64,000 bases of DNA from Octopus sinensis. Lineage: Eukaryota. The stretch covers positions 74,772,001 through 74,836,000 of the forward strand of contig NC_043002.1 in NCBI RefSeq assembly GCF_006345805.1, given 5' to 3'. This document shows, one piece after another, positions 12,603 through 25,280 of the stretch. The position numbers and the translations under genes are program-made. Below the pieces are notes generated by a model. It made no database searches and was not told where the DNA came from. It saw only the letters and a program-made list of their open reading frames with translations. Each line of letters begins with the position of its first letter. Within the stretch, counting starts at the first letter, position 1.

Positions 12603-12890
12603 CATCATCATCATCATTTAACGTTTGCATGGGTTGGACAGTTTGACATGGAGCTGGCTAGTAGGGAGCTATCCAAACTCCAGCTGTCTGTTGAGGCATG
12701 GTTTGTATGGCTGGATGCTCTTCCTAATGCCAACCACTTAACAGTGTGTGCCGGGTGCATTTTACGTGCAGCTCCAACACGGATGCTTCTCAAGTGGCAG
12801 CAGCACCTGAAAGAACAAACCTGTATGTGTGGAAGACAGCAAGTCTACTTAGCTTGACTTGTGTTATCAAGTACAGCAAATCTGCCCTGC
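12603..12890 (-). mobile_element. RTE-type 3'UTR fragment
   Basis: (CAT)n tail, GGATGCTCTTCCTAATGCCAACC. Confidence 0.7.
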
Positions 12891-12949
12891 TTTAGTCTTA
12901 TGTCTGTCAAAAGTCTGCAGACTTCTTAGGCCTGAGCTTATCTTTATTT

Positions 12950-13145
12950 TTCCATGGTGCATAAGTCCTGAATGGGTTACCAGTCCCTCACTGGGTTAAG
13001 CTCTGCTGGCATTCACTTTTAACTGAATAGACTGAAGGAATGTGGAATGAAGTGTTTTGCTTGCGGACACAATGCCCTGCCTTGTCTGGGAACCAAAACC
13101 ATGACCTTACGATTGTTAGTTCCACACTTTCACCACTAGCTACGC
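12950..13145 (-). mobile_element. Degenerate SINE family C
   Basis: GAAGTGTTTTGCTTGCGGACACAATGC..CACCACTAGCTACGC. Confidence 0.55.
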
Positions 13146-14374
13146 AAATTCACAAATTAGTACCAGTAATTTTTCGGGGTATAATTCGATCAATTATATC
13201 CCTTCTCTACAGATTTCTTCCATTGTCCCAATGCAAGGAATCAGCATTGTTGTTGTTATGGTTTCAATGTTTCTTATCTAATATAAGATGTTACAGCCAA
13301 GATATATCCTATCTGATATCTGATGTATAGTAAGGCATTGTTATTATTGTTTTAAATATTTTATCATGGGTGGGGGAGTTCTCATTATTTGTATGTTTCT
13401 TCCATCTTGTTATTCCAACTTTTTTTCTGAGAACCATTGTTGTCCTTCTCATGTTCATTTTTCCATTTGTATTGTTGCAAGTTTTTGTAATTAAGCTAAT
13501 TTCAAAACCAGTTTATATTAGGTTAACGTTGTTAATAGTAAATAAACTTGTTATCTGAAAGGAAATCTCCCTCTCTTTCTCTCTCCATTTTCTAGTCTAT
13601 CTTGGTTTATTTATCTGATGGTTTGATTTTGATATTTCCTTATAATATCTTCAGAAACCTTTTAAACTATTTGAAACAGATTTGCATACAGTTGCTTCCA
13701 TAGTGAAGATTATTGGAAGCCAGCCTCTTTTGTGTATGTGTGTGTATACAGACGTTTGTATGAATATATACATGTCTTCACACACACAGATAGATAGATT
13801 GATAGATAGATAGATATGAGACAAAGTTAAACTTTATTGTAACAAAAGAAAAAAACTTTCTCCTTTTACCGTTTTCTTACTGTTGTTGAAAGTATCCTTG
13901 GATAATCTTGGGAAAGCCTGAAGCTTTGATATGTTTTTTTACTTTCCTTATCTTTCCATGTTATTCTGTTAAAAAATTTTCAATTGTTTATTATTATTAT
14001 TATTATTATTATATTATTATTATTATGTAGTATTCAGTTTTATTGGCGTTCATATGAAGTACAATGCACAGAGATCCTAAGGGGCATAAGAGCTTCTTTT
14101 TCCAACTTTTTCTTTTTTACTCTACCTGCAAAAATTAGTCATTCCCCTGTAATGACCTTGTATTATCTATATTCTCTGCTAAGCATGCACTGGTCTAAGA
14201 GTGGTAACAAATTGTTTCTAAGAAAATTGCCATAGGCTCCAGTTTGGCTTTCAAACGAAGTCAATGTACATTATATATCTATACAGGTATATATTTGCTT
14301 TTAATTATTGATATTTAACTTTGGATGTATCGGAAGATTTTGATACTAAGTTTTGATTCAATACTCATATAAAA

Positions 14375-14770
14375 AAGGTGGCAAGTTGGCAAGATTGTTA
14401 ACTAGTCAAAATAAAATGTTTAGTGGCATTTCTTCTAGTTCTTTATGTTCTGAGTTGAAATTCCACTGAGGTTGAGTTTGCCTTTTGTCCTTTCAGGGTT
14501 GATAAATTCCATACCAGTTGAACACTGGAGTTGATGTAATAGGAAAATGCTTGTTATGGCATTGTTCTAGCATGGCCACAGCCTCTGGTTGAAACTGATA
14601 ATGGAATAAATGAATAGAATAAATATTAACATGGGCATGGCTGTGTGGATATAGTCTTGAGTTCTATTTCCCTGCATGCTTACTTAGGACATATGTCTTC
14701 TACTGAATCCTCAGGTCAGCCAATGCATTGTGAGTGGAATTGGTTGACTGAAACTGTATGCAAGTCTATC
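14375..14770 (+). mobile_element. Family B SINE followed by family A fragments
   Basis: B head and central domain at 14375-14540, A tail at 14555-14620, A head at 14633-14770. Confidence 0.7.
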
Positions 14771-15241
14771 AAGAGATGCCTTTTTCTGCATAACAAAAGC
14801 ATAAGGGGAATGTGTTTACAGTCTTACAGTTTGCTATCCTTGCAAATTGTTTCCTCATATTCAAAAATCTGTCAGTCCTTCTTATTGACACTGTTTTGTG
14901 CATAAAATATAATTGTGTTTGTTTGTTTGTTTGTGTGTGTGCATGTGTGAATGTATGCATTATGTGTCTTCATCTGAAAATGTTGAGCTTAAAATGGTAA
15001 TGTTTGTTGACATTCTCTGTCAGTAAATGGTCCTCAATCTCTGTGCTTTTAAAAATGAGAGGAAAAAAGAAATGAAGTTCTTTGATAAACAGATCAGGGT
15101 TAGCAACAGGAAGAGCATCCAACTTAAATATGTAACTATTAATGTCATATGGATACTGTTGTGAGACAGTTATTTTTTGGTGTTTAATCAGATTCATTAT
15201 CTCTCCATGGCGGTTTTGGATTTTATTACACTGAATATATA

Positions 15242-16531
15242 CAGGGTGCATTGGGTAAATTGTCACCATTCTATATTTCTAATTTTGCACTTGTGCATTG
15301 TTTATTCTTGATTTTGTTGACTACACAGTATAGTAAGGTCTGTTGGGCACTATCTGTGAGAAAAGCAGCACCATGATGCAATTCACTCTGCCAGAAATTT
15401 GGAAACAACTGCTTGGCATTTTCATTGGAAGCTCCAATATGAACCTTTCAAAGTGTTTGGGTGTCAATCTGAGGAGAGGGCAGAGGATTCAGAAAGAGTT
15501 GGATGAGTCAGTCTAATGGTGATTACGAAGGTATGACGGCTTGAAAAACTCACTCTGATCATTCGGATAAGAAAAGAACTGAATTTGTTGATGAGATCCA
15601 GGCCATGATTGACAATGATCCCTCCAAGTCAATCAGCCCCATTGCCAGGGACATGGGAGTGCCTGAGTTTCATATTAGACAGGTAGTGCATGAAAACATG
15701 CAGTATTCTTCATACAAAATGAGAAAAGGCCAATTTTTATCCCAAGGCATCAAGGACAAAAGGAAAGACGGTGCTACGAAGCTTTTGAACAAACTCAAGT
15801 GTCCCCTCCAACCAAATATGCTTTGGTTTTTCTGAGATGAGAAAATTTTCTGTCAGGATCAAATGGTGAGCACAGAACAACTATTGGCTTGCTGTGTCCC
15901 CAAAACATGTATCAAGAGTCATAAAAATTAAATATCTAGTCAACATCATGGTGTTTGGAGTGATCACTAGTGATGGCAATGTTATGCCTTCATCTTCCCA
16001 TACAGCCTCAAACTCAACATGGAGGCCTATAACAAGTGCCTGGAGGAAGTAGTGCTGCCCTGGGGGAAGAGGGTGGCTGCTGGAAGACCCTATGTCTGGC
16101 TACAGTACTCTGCACCTTGCCACATAACCAGGAGAACCCAGTCATAGCTGTCAGATAATTTCTGCAACCACATCACCCCTAACATCTGGCCACCTCACTC
16201 CCCAGATTGCAACCCTCTTGATTATTATGTGTGGAGTGCAGTTGAGTGAGAGACCAACAGAACTCCTTGTAACACCAAAGATGAACTGAAGGCAAGGATT
16301 ATGGCAGCATTCACCAACTTAAACAAGGAGACCGTTCAGAAGAGTTGCAGGAGATTCTGAAGTTATTTGGAGGGCATGGTTGAAGCCAATGGCAATTTTA
16401 TTGAATAAATTTACTCTTTAATATTTAAAGATATTTTTATGTAATTTTGGTAAATATATCTGTTAAAATGAGATGTCAGTGTTATTTTAATTTTTGCATA
16501 ATTTAGATGATAATTTATTTGCCACACTCTG
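15242..16531 (+). mobile_element. Full-length, inactive Tc1/mariner-superfamily transposon, DD37D (maT) type
   Basis: TA dinucleotides at 15240-15241 and 16532-16533, imperfect TIRs CAGGGTG..TAAATTGTCACC / GATGATAATTTA..CACTCTG, and an internal transposase remnant. Confidence 0.9.
15373..16408 (+). pseudogene. Disrupted DD37D transposase
   Basis: WFF*DEKIF (first D), YVWLQYSAPCH (second D mutated to Y at 16106), WPPHSPDCNPLDYYVW (third D at 16220). 37 codons lie between the second and third positions. C-terminus VEANGNFIE*. Multiple stops and frameshifts. Confidence 0.9.
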
Positions 16532-16734
16532 TACACCTTTATAGAGAGGTCAGTCACTGATTTTCTTATAAAAAAATGTCTGTTATTTGTAGTAAGCATT
16601 TAGGAGAAAGCAGGGGGACATATTAAAATTAGAGTGACTGGAAACTATATCTGTAACTTCTTCAACTCATCAGACATTCTCTAACCAATGGCTCTTCCAT
16701 TCTACACTGCTGCAGGTTATTTTGGTTTAACCCT

Positions 16735-16910
16735 AGATCAGAAAAGTTTTATTCAGAAGACCTGTGTTTATCAAAAGTGTTCTAATCATGATCATCTTTC
16801 TTTCCTCCCTCCCTTCCTTCCTTCCTCTCTCTCTCCCTCTGGCCATACTTTGAATAAAATTTGGTTGCTTTTTTTAGCAGTTTGAGCAACTGTGTAGGGT
16901 TTCCCACATT
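16735..16910 (-). mobile_element. Repeat family D, degenerate
   Basis: AGACCTGTGTTTATCAAAAGTGTTC..TTTGGTTGCTTTTTTTAGCAG. Confidence 0.5.
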
Positions 16911-17824
16911 GGTTTGATCTTTCGTGGTTGTCAGATTACAGTGGGGGCTGATATAGATAGCACATTATTTTGGATGTAGGAACATCATTTTGGTTTGAAA
17001 GATTTAATTTTAAGATGGTTCATGAATAGATATGTCATGTTATAGTTCTTTATTATAGATGAAAATGTTTCTTTCTTTTTTTCTTAAATTTTATTTTTAG
17101 AATTTAGTGTCTTAGAGTTCCTGGTCTTATTCTAATTACTTTGTGATCTCTCATCACCATCTCTCTCCTTCTCGCTTCTTCTCCTCATTATCATCAACAT
17201 CTGAAGATAATCATGATCTGACTACTAAGATAGAATGAAAATGATATTTAGACATTATCTTGTTGCAATACAATAATACAGTTAAAAATAGCTGCAGAAA
17301 TATATTTATATTATATTCCTAATTTGAGAAATAGAGTTTGTCAAACCTTCTGTAGTTTATTGGTAACAAGGTTGGCCATCAATCAAAAGGTTCATAGTTC
17401 AACTCGCGTCAATAGGCCTGTTGTTCTTTCCTATCTCAAATTGATGTTTATAATGTCTAGAATCATCTTTCTGCAGTCTGAGTGATGTATGCTTTTTGTA
17501 GTCTACATTAGCTGCTATTTTCTTGGATAGCCACATTCTTGATAAAGAGTGTTACTTTATTAGGTAGTGGCGTTCCTTATGTACTTCTTGTTTTATGTAT
17601 GGAGAGGAAGTCCCAAGTTCTTTACAGTTTATATTTTTAGTGAGCTTAGGTTGCAAAGGTCCTGGTTGTGGACTGAGAATATTTGCTGCCTCTAATACTC
17701 CCCACCCCCGTTTTCCTGTCCCTGGATTTTGCTTAGTGGGGACTACAAAATGGTATTCAGAAATTATTATCCTCATTGTCTTTATAAGTATAACCAGGTC
17801 TGTAAAATATGTCATTCTTATTTC

Positions 17825-18265
17825 CATGGCCTAGTTGTTAGGCTATTACTCTCAGGATTGTGAGATCATGGTTTCAATTCCAGAACTGGGTGGTGCATTG
17901 TGTTTCTGAAGGAAAAAAAATCATTTTATTTTACTCATCTGTGAGTTTCATAATAACTGGGGAGTTAACCTGTGACTGATTGTTGTCCCATTCAAGCGGG
18001 GAGTGTTATAATTTCAATAAGTTACACATTGTGGAAGCCAGGTTAAGGTGTTTGCTTCCTAATCACTTGGTTTGGGGTTCAGTCTCACTGTGTGGCACCT
18101 CTACTATATTCCTGGGCTGACCAATGCCATGTGTGTGTGTGTGTGTGATGGTTGTAAATGAGTGTCACTGTCACACAAGCAGTGCTATTCGTTTCCAATA
18201 TTCAGTGGAAATGTATCTGGCCAGGGGGGGGGGAATATTGCTTTACTGGGAAATGGATAAGGGTT
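17825..18265 (+). mobile_element. Family C SINE followed by truncated family A SINE (RTE-tail variant)
   Basis: CATGGCCTAGTTGTTAGG head, then GGGTTCAGTCTCACTGTGTGGCACC and GGGGAATATTG. Confidence 0.6.
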
Positions 18266-18892
18266 GAACCCTCTCTTTCAGTTAGGCCTTTTTGTTTTTT
18301 GAATCTGAAGAAGGCATTCCTGGTAAGTAATGTTAGTCATCACTACCATTCAAAGTAATGCATGCCATAAACATTGAAATTCAGTTATGATTGAAATGTG
18401 TGTTACTGTGACAATAATGTTAATATTTTATCCACGCAGTATTATCTTTAACACGTTTCTCTGCTTATTGAAGACGTAATGTATGTTTGGTTATATCTTG
18501 CCTTAGTATTTATTGAAACTGAATATTGCTCTCTGCTCAGTTTATCATCATCATATGAATAACTGACAAAAAACTGCTGATCACGACAATTTGATTATTC
18601 TGTCACATTGTAGAGAAAAATTCTCAACAACAACCATTGTGTTATCTAATTACAGCAGCTAAACTGGTTGAAACAATCTAATGAAGTTTTTTGCTTGAGT
18701 TTGGTATAAATCTGTACTAGACAGTAAATTATCCATAGTTTTGGTCTTTTAAAAAGTTGGCTAATGTACCAATGTTTTCAGTTTTTTAAAATGTTGCTAA
18801 GACATTCTTGAGCTGGAGCTGAAAATAGAGGAATTGTATACATCTGCATGACATGGGGCTGTTTTCTTGTTTTTTCAAAGTATCACAGAAAA

Positions 18893-19079
18893 ATGGTGCC
18901 ATGTAAAAAGTACCCATTACACTCTGCAAAGTGGTTGGTGTTAGGTAGGGCATCCAGCTGTAGAAACCATGCCAAAGCAAGCAGTAGAGCTTGGTGCAGT
19001 CTTTGGACTTGGTAGTTCTTCTCAAACTGTCCAACCCATGCTAGCATGGAAAGCATACATTGGATGTCGATGATGATGA
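18893..19079 (+). mobile_element. RTE-type 3'UTR fragment
   Basis: GGTGCCATGTAAAAAGTACCC..GGGCATCCAGCTGTAGAAAC..(GAT)n. Confidence 0.8.
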
Positions 19080-19789
19080 AGCCAGATAAGTGTTTTTGAG
19101 TTCTTATCATTAGTGTAGCTCAAGCCCATGCCTTCAAAATATTATGAGTTGATATAGGTATGTGATATGCATATTTGAATGTTTACACTGCATTTTGCAT
19201 GAAAATCACTGAGCTTCGTCAGGTGGGGACATTTGTTGATATTTATCTGTTGACAAATTGTCTGGTAGCTTTGTACTTTCAAAGAGAATTGGAATAAAGA
19301 TCCTCTTACTTGAGAAACTTGTAAGGGTTAGTAAAAGGAAGGTCATCCTACTGTAAAACAATGTATCAATAACATGTACTTCTACAATCTATGCCAGTAT
19401 AGAAGCAGTGGACATGAAGCAAACAAATGAATGAACAAACTGATTTTGTCTCAGTTTCCTTTGTTGAAAATATTTCATTGAACACTTTTAGTTATGGCAC
19501 TTGTATCAATTTTGTTGGTTTTGTTTTGGTTCTGGGTCAACATTGAACAAAAATTCTATGATCAGAAGTATTCCAACCATGACCATCCTGAACTTTTGTA
19601 TCACCAAGATTATTTTGACCAATCAATCATCAGAAATTTCTTCCCATCATTCAATGTTCATACAAGGGGACTTTTTCTGTCTCTCTTTCAGGCATCTTTG
19701 AAATGAAGATGGTGTTGTCATTGTCATGCTCTCTTTCCAGAGACCAGTTCACCATACAGCAGGTCTTCTGTTAAATTCGAGTTGAAATT

Positions 19790-20400
19790 TAAACTTATAA
19801 AGGTTTTAATTAATTGATTTATTAGATCCTATTTATTTGTTCAGGTTCCATTAATTTCCTGCTAGAACAATTAAATTCTAAGTCACACACATCAACAACC
19901 TCTCTTGTTTTTATATTCCTACTCTAATAATCAACTCCTTTAAGGAACTTCTGGATTCTATCATATCAGCTTCATTTACAAGTTTTAAAAAATTCTTTAC
20001 ATTAAAAAAAAAATTTTTCTTTAAAAGTCATGAAACTAATTGATTCCAGGAAAATTTATCTTATATTTTATTTTTTAATGCTAAATTTATTCCCCAGATT
20101 TCATTTTACATATCATAAGCAACTGTTTTTCCCATCCTGTTTTACTGCTATGCTGTGTTTCTAACTGCTGCTAGACTATTTATCTCTCAAAAATCAAATG
20201 TAGCAATTTTCCACTAATTATGTAAGAACATCAATGTTGCTGAAGCTGTAATTTTCTGTGATTGGATTTTTACACATAGAAAGCAATATCTACACACACT
20301 TCCATCAACAGCCATCGAAAACTGATGACCTATCATCAGCCTTCCACTATTTGTTCAGACTTAACTTGATTGACACTTTTCTTGTTAGCATGTAACTCCC
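19790..20400 (+). mobile_element. Highly degraded LINE RT C-terminal remnant (L2/CR1-like)
   Basis: EQLNSKSH..INNL (about 19865) and FPILFYCYAVF (about 20128) resemble the KLNFxxHI and PxLxYCxxVW motifs. Base composition differs from the flanks. Confidence 0.4.
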
Positions 20401-21233
20401 AGTAGGTTTTTCTATGTTTCTGTTATTAGATAGATAGTAATTTGAATCAAAACACATTTCTTGGAAGTGTGACAATAGTAGTTTTTGTGTTGTCATTGTT
20501 AATGTGAAACTTGCTGTTACCAATCTGGTTGCATTTCCCTGAATTACCAAAAGTCAAATTTTCAATTTTGAACTCCATTAAAATCAAAGCATTTTAATTG
20601 TGAGATGATCAAGATTTCACAAAGTCTAACTAACCCATTTCCCTTTCTAGTTAATCTTCTACATTCCTACACTACAAGTTTTTTCTTTTGCTACTCTATA
20701 AAAAAAGCTCTCCAGTTATATTACTTTACAACTCAATATAAAACAACCAGTAATTTTTTACTATTCCTTTCTGATAGCTTTCAAATTTTTTACTGTTCAT
20801 TAATCTTGTCTCTCGTTCTCTCACTTCTCCAGGAAATATGCTATCCATTGCACCTGCTTTGCTACATTTTCTGATATTTATTACAATCCAAACATAACTT
20901 CACATCATCCTGTTTTGTCATCACCTCCTTCTAGCAAATAATTAAATGTATGAAAGTCTAGTTTTGAAACATAATTGTTGTATATATATATAATTGCGTG
21001 TTTCTATTGCACTTGTAACCTGTCACCAGAATTGTTGTTTGGTATGTAATGACTATGATGTTACATTTATTCATAAACAGGTTTCTTGCTTGGGTTTTCT
21101 TGAAGCAAAGCAAAATAGATTTGTTGACAGTGTACTTAATTCCATTATGGTGTCCAGTGTTAATTAAAATAATCACCACAAACTAATTGGTTACTTTACC
21201 CAGAAAGTTGAATTTATGCTAAAAAACTGCAAA

Positions 21234-21470
21234 GGCACATGGCCTAGTGTTTAGGGTGTTGCATTTACAATTGTACAACTGAAGTTTCAATTCCAAGACT
21301 CAGCAGTGCTTTATGTTCTTTGTGCAAAACACTTTATTTCACATTGCTCCTGTCCACTCAGCTGTAAATCAACAAATCCTGCATTGAACTGGTGTCCTGT
21401 TCAGAGGGAATGTCACTTATACACCATGGGAACTGGGTAACTAGCCCTACAAGTCCTAGGACTTAATACA
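21234..21470 (+). mobile_element. SINE family C
   Basis: GGCACATGGCCTAGTGTTTAGGGTG..CACTTTATTTCACATTGCTCCTGTCCACTCAGCTG. Confidence 0.75.
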
Positions 21471-21599
21471 ATAAAATGTATAAGTTACAAGAGACTAGTA
21501 TTGTGTTTATGTGTTTCCCATATTATGGTTATTGACATTTAATGGTGGATGTGTTTATAATACATAAAATAGTTGTTACTTTGTCATTTTGCTTCCTTT

Positions 21600-22130
21600 A
21601 AAAGGCACCTGTACTGGTGACATGTAAAGGGCTCCCATGCCGGTGACATGTAAAGGGTACCTGTGCCGGTGACACATAAAGGGCACCTGTGCCGGTGACA
21701 TACTAAGGGCACCTGTGCTGGTGACATGTAAAGGGCACCTGTGCCGGTGACATGTAAAGGGCACCTGTGTCGGTGACACGTAAAGGGCACCTGTGTTGGT
21801 GACATGTAAAGGGCATCTGTGTCGGTGACACGTAAAGGCACCTGTGTCGGTGACACGTAAAGGCACCTGTGTCGGTGACACGTAAAGGGCACCTGTGTCG
21901 GTGACACGTAAAGGCACCTGTGTCGGTGACACGTAAAGGGCACCAGTGCCGGTGACACATAAAGGGAACCTGTGTCGGTGACACGTAAAAGGTACCTGTG
22001 TTGGTGACATGTAAAGGGCATCTGTGTCGGTGACACGTAAAGGCACCTGTGCTGGTGACGCGTTATAGGCACCTGTGCCGGTGACGCATTAAAGGGCACC
22101 TGTGCTGGTGAAATATAAAAGGCACCTGTG
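21600..22130 (+). repeat. Minisatellite, about 20 x 25-26 bp (AAAGGGCACCTGTGYCGGTGACAYGT), derived from the RTE 3'UTR motif
   Basis: Units are directly visible and run into the RTE 3'UTR at 22130-22288. Confidence 0.95.
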
Positions 22131-22288
22131 ACAGTCTGTGGAGCTGTTGGCTTTGGGAAGAGCATCCAGCTGTAGAAACCAAGCTAAAACAGACTGGAAC
22201 CTGCTGCAGCTCTTTGGCTTACCAGTTCCAATTAAACTGTCTAATCCATACCAATGTAGAAAAACCGATGCTAAATGATGATGATGAT
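22130..22288 (+). mobile_element. RTE-type 3'UTR end
   Basis: GGAAGAGCATCCAGCTGTAGAAAC..(ATG)n tail. Confidence 0.8.
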
Positions 22289-22672
22289 TGTCTATCTTGA
22301 TATATCCTTTATTGTTCATGTGGGATGTTGTGTAAAGAAGCTTTCACTTAAGCATGGGTAGTTACAGTGAAGTGCTTTTAACTAGATGCAATCATAACAG
22401 ATAAACAAGTGTGGTACAAAATGTTTTGTACTAAATGGTAAGAAAACCTACTCAAAGCTAAATTTATTAATCTCTAAAAAACATTACTATTGTTTTTATG
22501 AACTTTTTCCTGTTATATTTGATCTTATTATTGTTATCTGGTCCAAAATGCATTGTATTCAGATCACTGAGATTATTATGAAAGTTAATGAGTTAAGATA
22601 TCTTAAACCTAATTAGTGACATCATTCATATGATCAAGGAGTTCTCTACATGGCTTTGTGTTACATCATTAC

Positions 22673-23082
22673 CACCATCATCATCATTTAATGTCCACTT
22701 TTCCATGCTTGCATGAGTCAGAGCAAATTTGTTGAGGCAGATTTTCTATAGCCAGATGCCCTTCCTGTTGCCAACACTCACCTGTTTCCAAACAAAGTAA
22801 TATTCGCCCTAAACTAGACATGTCTTTCAGAGGAGACTGGAAATGAGCAACTTTGCTTATATGATGATAATGCTCAATAGTTATAAATGTGTATCACCAT
22901 CATACTACAAATGTCTTTTATTTCCAACCTCTCATGAAAGCATGGGGAAATATTACCTTTCTTCAAAGCAAGTGAAGATTAATAACAGGAAGGGCATCTG
23001 GCCATAGAAAATTTGCCTTAACAGATTCTGTCCAACCCATGCAAACATGAAAGAGTGGACATGTAAATGATGATGATGATGA
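22673..23082. mobile_element. Inverted pair of RTE-tail SINE fragments
   Basis: Minus-strand copy at 22673-22865 and plus-strand copy at 22920-23082. Confidence 0.8.
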
Positions 23083-23400
23083 TATATTCTTGGTGAAGCC
23101 TCAGCTGTCAACAGTTGTCAGAATTATGGTTAATGCCTTTTTGCATCTGATGGTATCCATATTGTTTTCGTAGTCTCAATGTAGTCAATGTCAGGAAAAC
23201 AGTTTTGATTTGTGGTGTTTATTCTAACAGTAAGGCTTTTGTTATTTTAAGGTTCTTTACTGTTCTAGTATTAGATGACTGTGGCAAGGATGTTTACTTC
23301 CGTGTTTGATGAAGTCAACATGCAGAGCACAACATCATTGCAAGCTGACATGTGCATTGGACATGCTGTGATGGCATGCTCAGAAATTATATATATATAT

Positions 23401-23661
23401 ACTTTGTTTTTGTATCCGGTTTGCAAGATTCTTTATGTGAACTAGTGTGTTGAAGCAAATTATGTTGTGTCTGGGGAGAGTGGTATTGTCTTAATACTTT
23501 ATTATCTAACACACACACTGGTTCGATTTCCACTCATTTTCTTTGTATATTTTTCATTTTTTTTATATGGAAGAAAAAATATAAATGAGTGGAAATCGAA
23601 CCGATGAGTGTGTTAGATAATAAGGCATTAAGACAATATGACGCTCCCCAGACATAACATA
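23401..23661. mobile_element. Asymmetric fold-back insert, possibly Penelope-like
   Basis: Arms of about 79 bp at 23461-23539 and 23583-23661 are inverted copies. Flanked by TA/TATG microsatellites. Confidence 0.6.
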
Positions 23662-24579
23662 CATATGTATGTATGTATGTATGTGTATATATATATATAA
23701 TGTTCCACATTTGTAAAGTGACTAGTTTCAAGTGTACCACTCCTGTTGCTACAAACTGCTGCGCTGAAACTCCACACCATTTTCTATATACATATTTTTT
23801 TAAATGTTACTTTTAATGGCTTTGGACATGTTGTTTTATGATACAGTATATTAAAACCAGTCCAAACTGTTTTGTTTATGTTTTTTTTTTTTATATTTCT
23901 TATAAGTATCTATTCTGCTGTATATGCGCCACACACATGCACACACACAAACACACACATGTACTCTCTTTTCCTGCTCTTTACCCATTTAGAACTGCAA
24001 AACAATTTTATGAATGTCATTAATATTGGCAAAGTGTTTGAGTTACCAACCATTGGATCAGATAAAGACAGCTATAGCAAACGGCCTTTTAGTATTTCAT
24101 GGTAAGAAGTGAAGTGAAAAGAGCAATTTAGTAGAAAAAGCTATTGGTTTTGCAGCGTCTTTGAATTTCAATTGACTTTTGGTAGTGTTAACGTCTTCAA
24201 ATATTAATCTGTCCACAAGATGGAAGATGCCAACACTTTTAAATAGCTGTTCTTTATTATTTAAATGTATTGGCATGTTCCTTGTTCAGATATTTGCAGT
24301 AAATATAGTGGCTGTGTTAGGTTCTTTGTTAAGCCGAGTACAGCCTACTCTGTGCTGCATCCTGGGTGAATTGCATCTAGTTTCTAGTTTCATTTTGAAG
24401 TGTATTCTACTGCTTCTGTTAAATAGTATAACATTGCAGTGTCAGAGGTAGAAGCATTAGCTTGGGTGAGTAGCATTTGCTCTCACCCCATGGGTAATCT
24501 TTTTGTGTGTGTGTGTGTGTGTGTGAGTGTGTGTGTGTGTGTGAGTGTGTGTGTATGTTTGGTGGATTTTGTCTTTTAT

Positions 24580-24835
24580 CTTGTTTCAGTCACTGGACTG
24601 CAACATTATGGGGTTGTAAGCAAACCAACACTGGCTGTCAAGCAGGGGTTGGGAACAAACACACACACATATTTATGACAGGCTTCCACACAGTTTCTCT
24701 CAACCAAATTCACTCAAGGCATTTGTCAGTTTGAGGCTATAAGTTAAAAATGCTTCCCTAAGGTGCTGTGCAATGGGACCGATACCAAAACCACATGGTT
24801 ACAAAATGTGCTTCTTAACCACACAGTCATGGCTA
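24580..24835 (-). mobile_element. Degenerate family A SINE
   Basis: CTTGTTTCAGTC..CAAATTCACTCAAGGC..CTTAACCACACAG. Confidence 0.7.
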
Positions 24836-25124
24836 CTGTATGGCTGATACCACAAACAAAATACTTAATTGTATTCATCTGGGGCTTCCTTCCTACTGAA
24901 GACATCTAAATGTTTGAAATTCATGGACTTGCTTTCATGTAGAGCAACCCTTATCATTCTTTAGAGTGCTGAATAGGATTGATCATCACAGTAATCGGTC
25001 AGCTGAATGGTTCAAGTGACAAACAAGCTGGTGTTGCTTGTTAAGGAAGCTGACCAATCTGTGTCACATACAAGTATACCATGATAATTTTCATGCAACT
25101 TTATAGCATTAAATGAAATAGGTT

Positions 25125-25280
25125 GTTGTTGAACCCCAATCATCCCCTCTTTTTTTTTCCAGCATAGTGTAATAAGAACAAAACATCCAATGTCTTTCCT
25201 TTTGTTAAGACAGTAGGATGTGATTTGAGAAAAATCTGGCTGCTGTTTCTTACAAGACTGCAGAGCAGTTTCTCCTTGTT
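25125..25280 (-). mobile_element. Repeat family D
   Basis: TTAAGACAGTAGGATGTGATTTGAG..CTGGCTGCTGTTTC. Confidence 0.65.

Noticed and set aside
18282-18322. Possible 41-nt exon (ctttcag ... ctg|gtaagt)
   Set aside because: The acceptor abuts a SINE fragment, the exon body is T-rich, and such site pairs are expected by chance in 64 kb.
21576-22165. 156-193 aa ORFs and CRISPR-like look of the array
   Set aside because: The ORFs are translations of the minisatellite. The units are contiguous with no unique spacers, there are no cas genes, and the context is eukaryotic.
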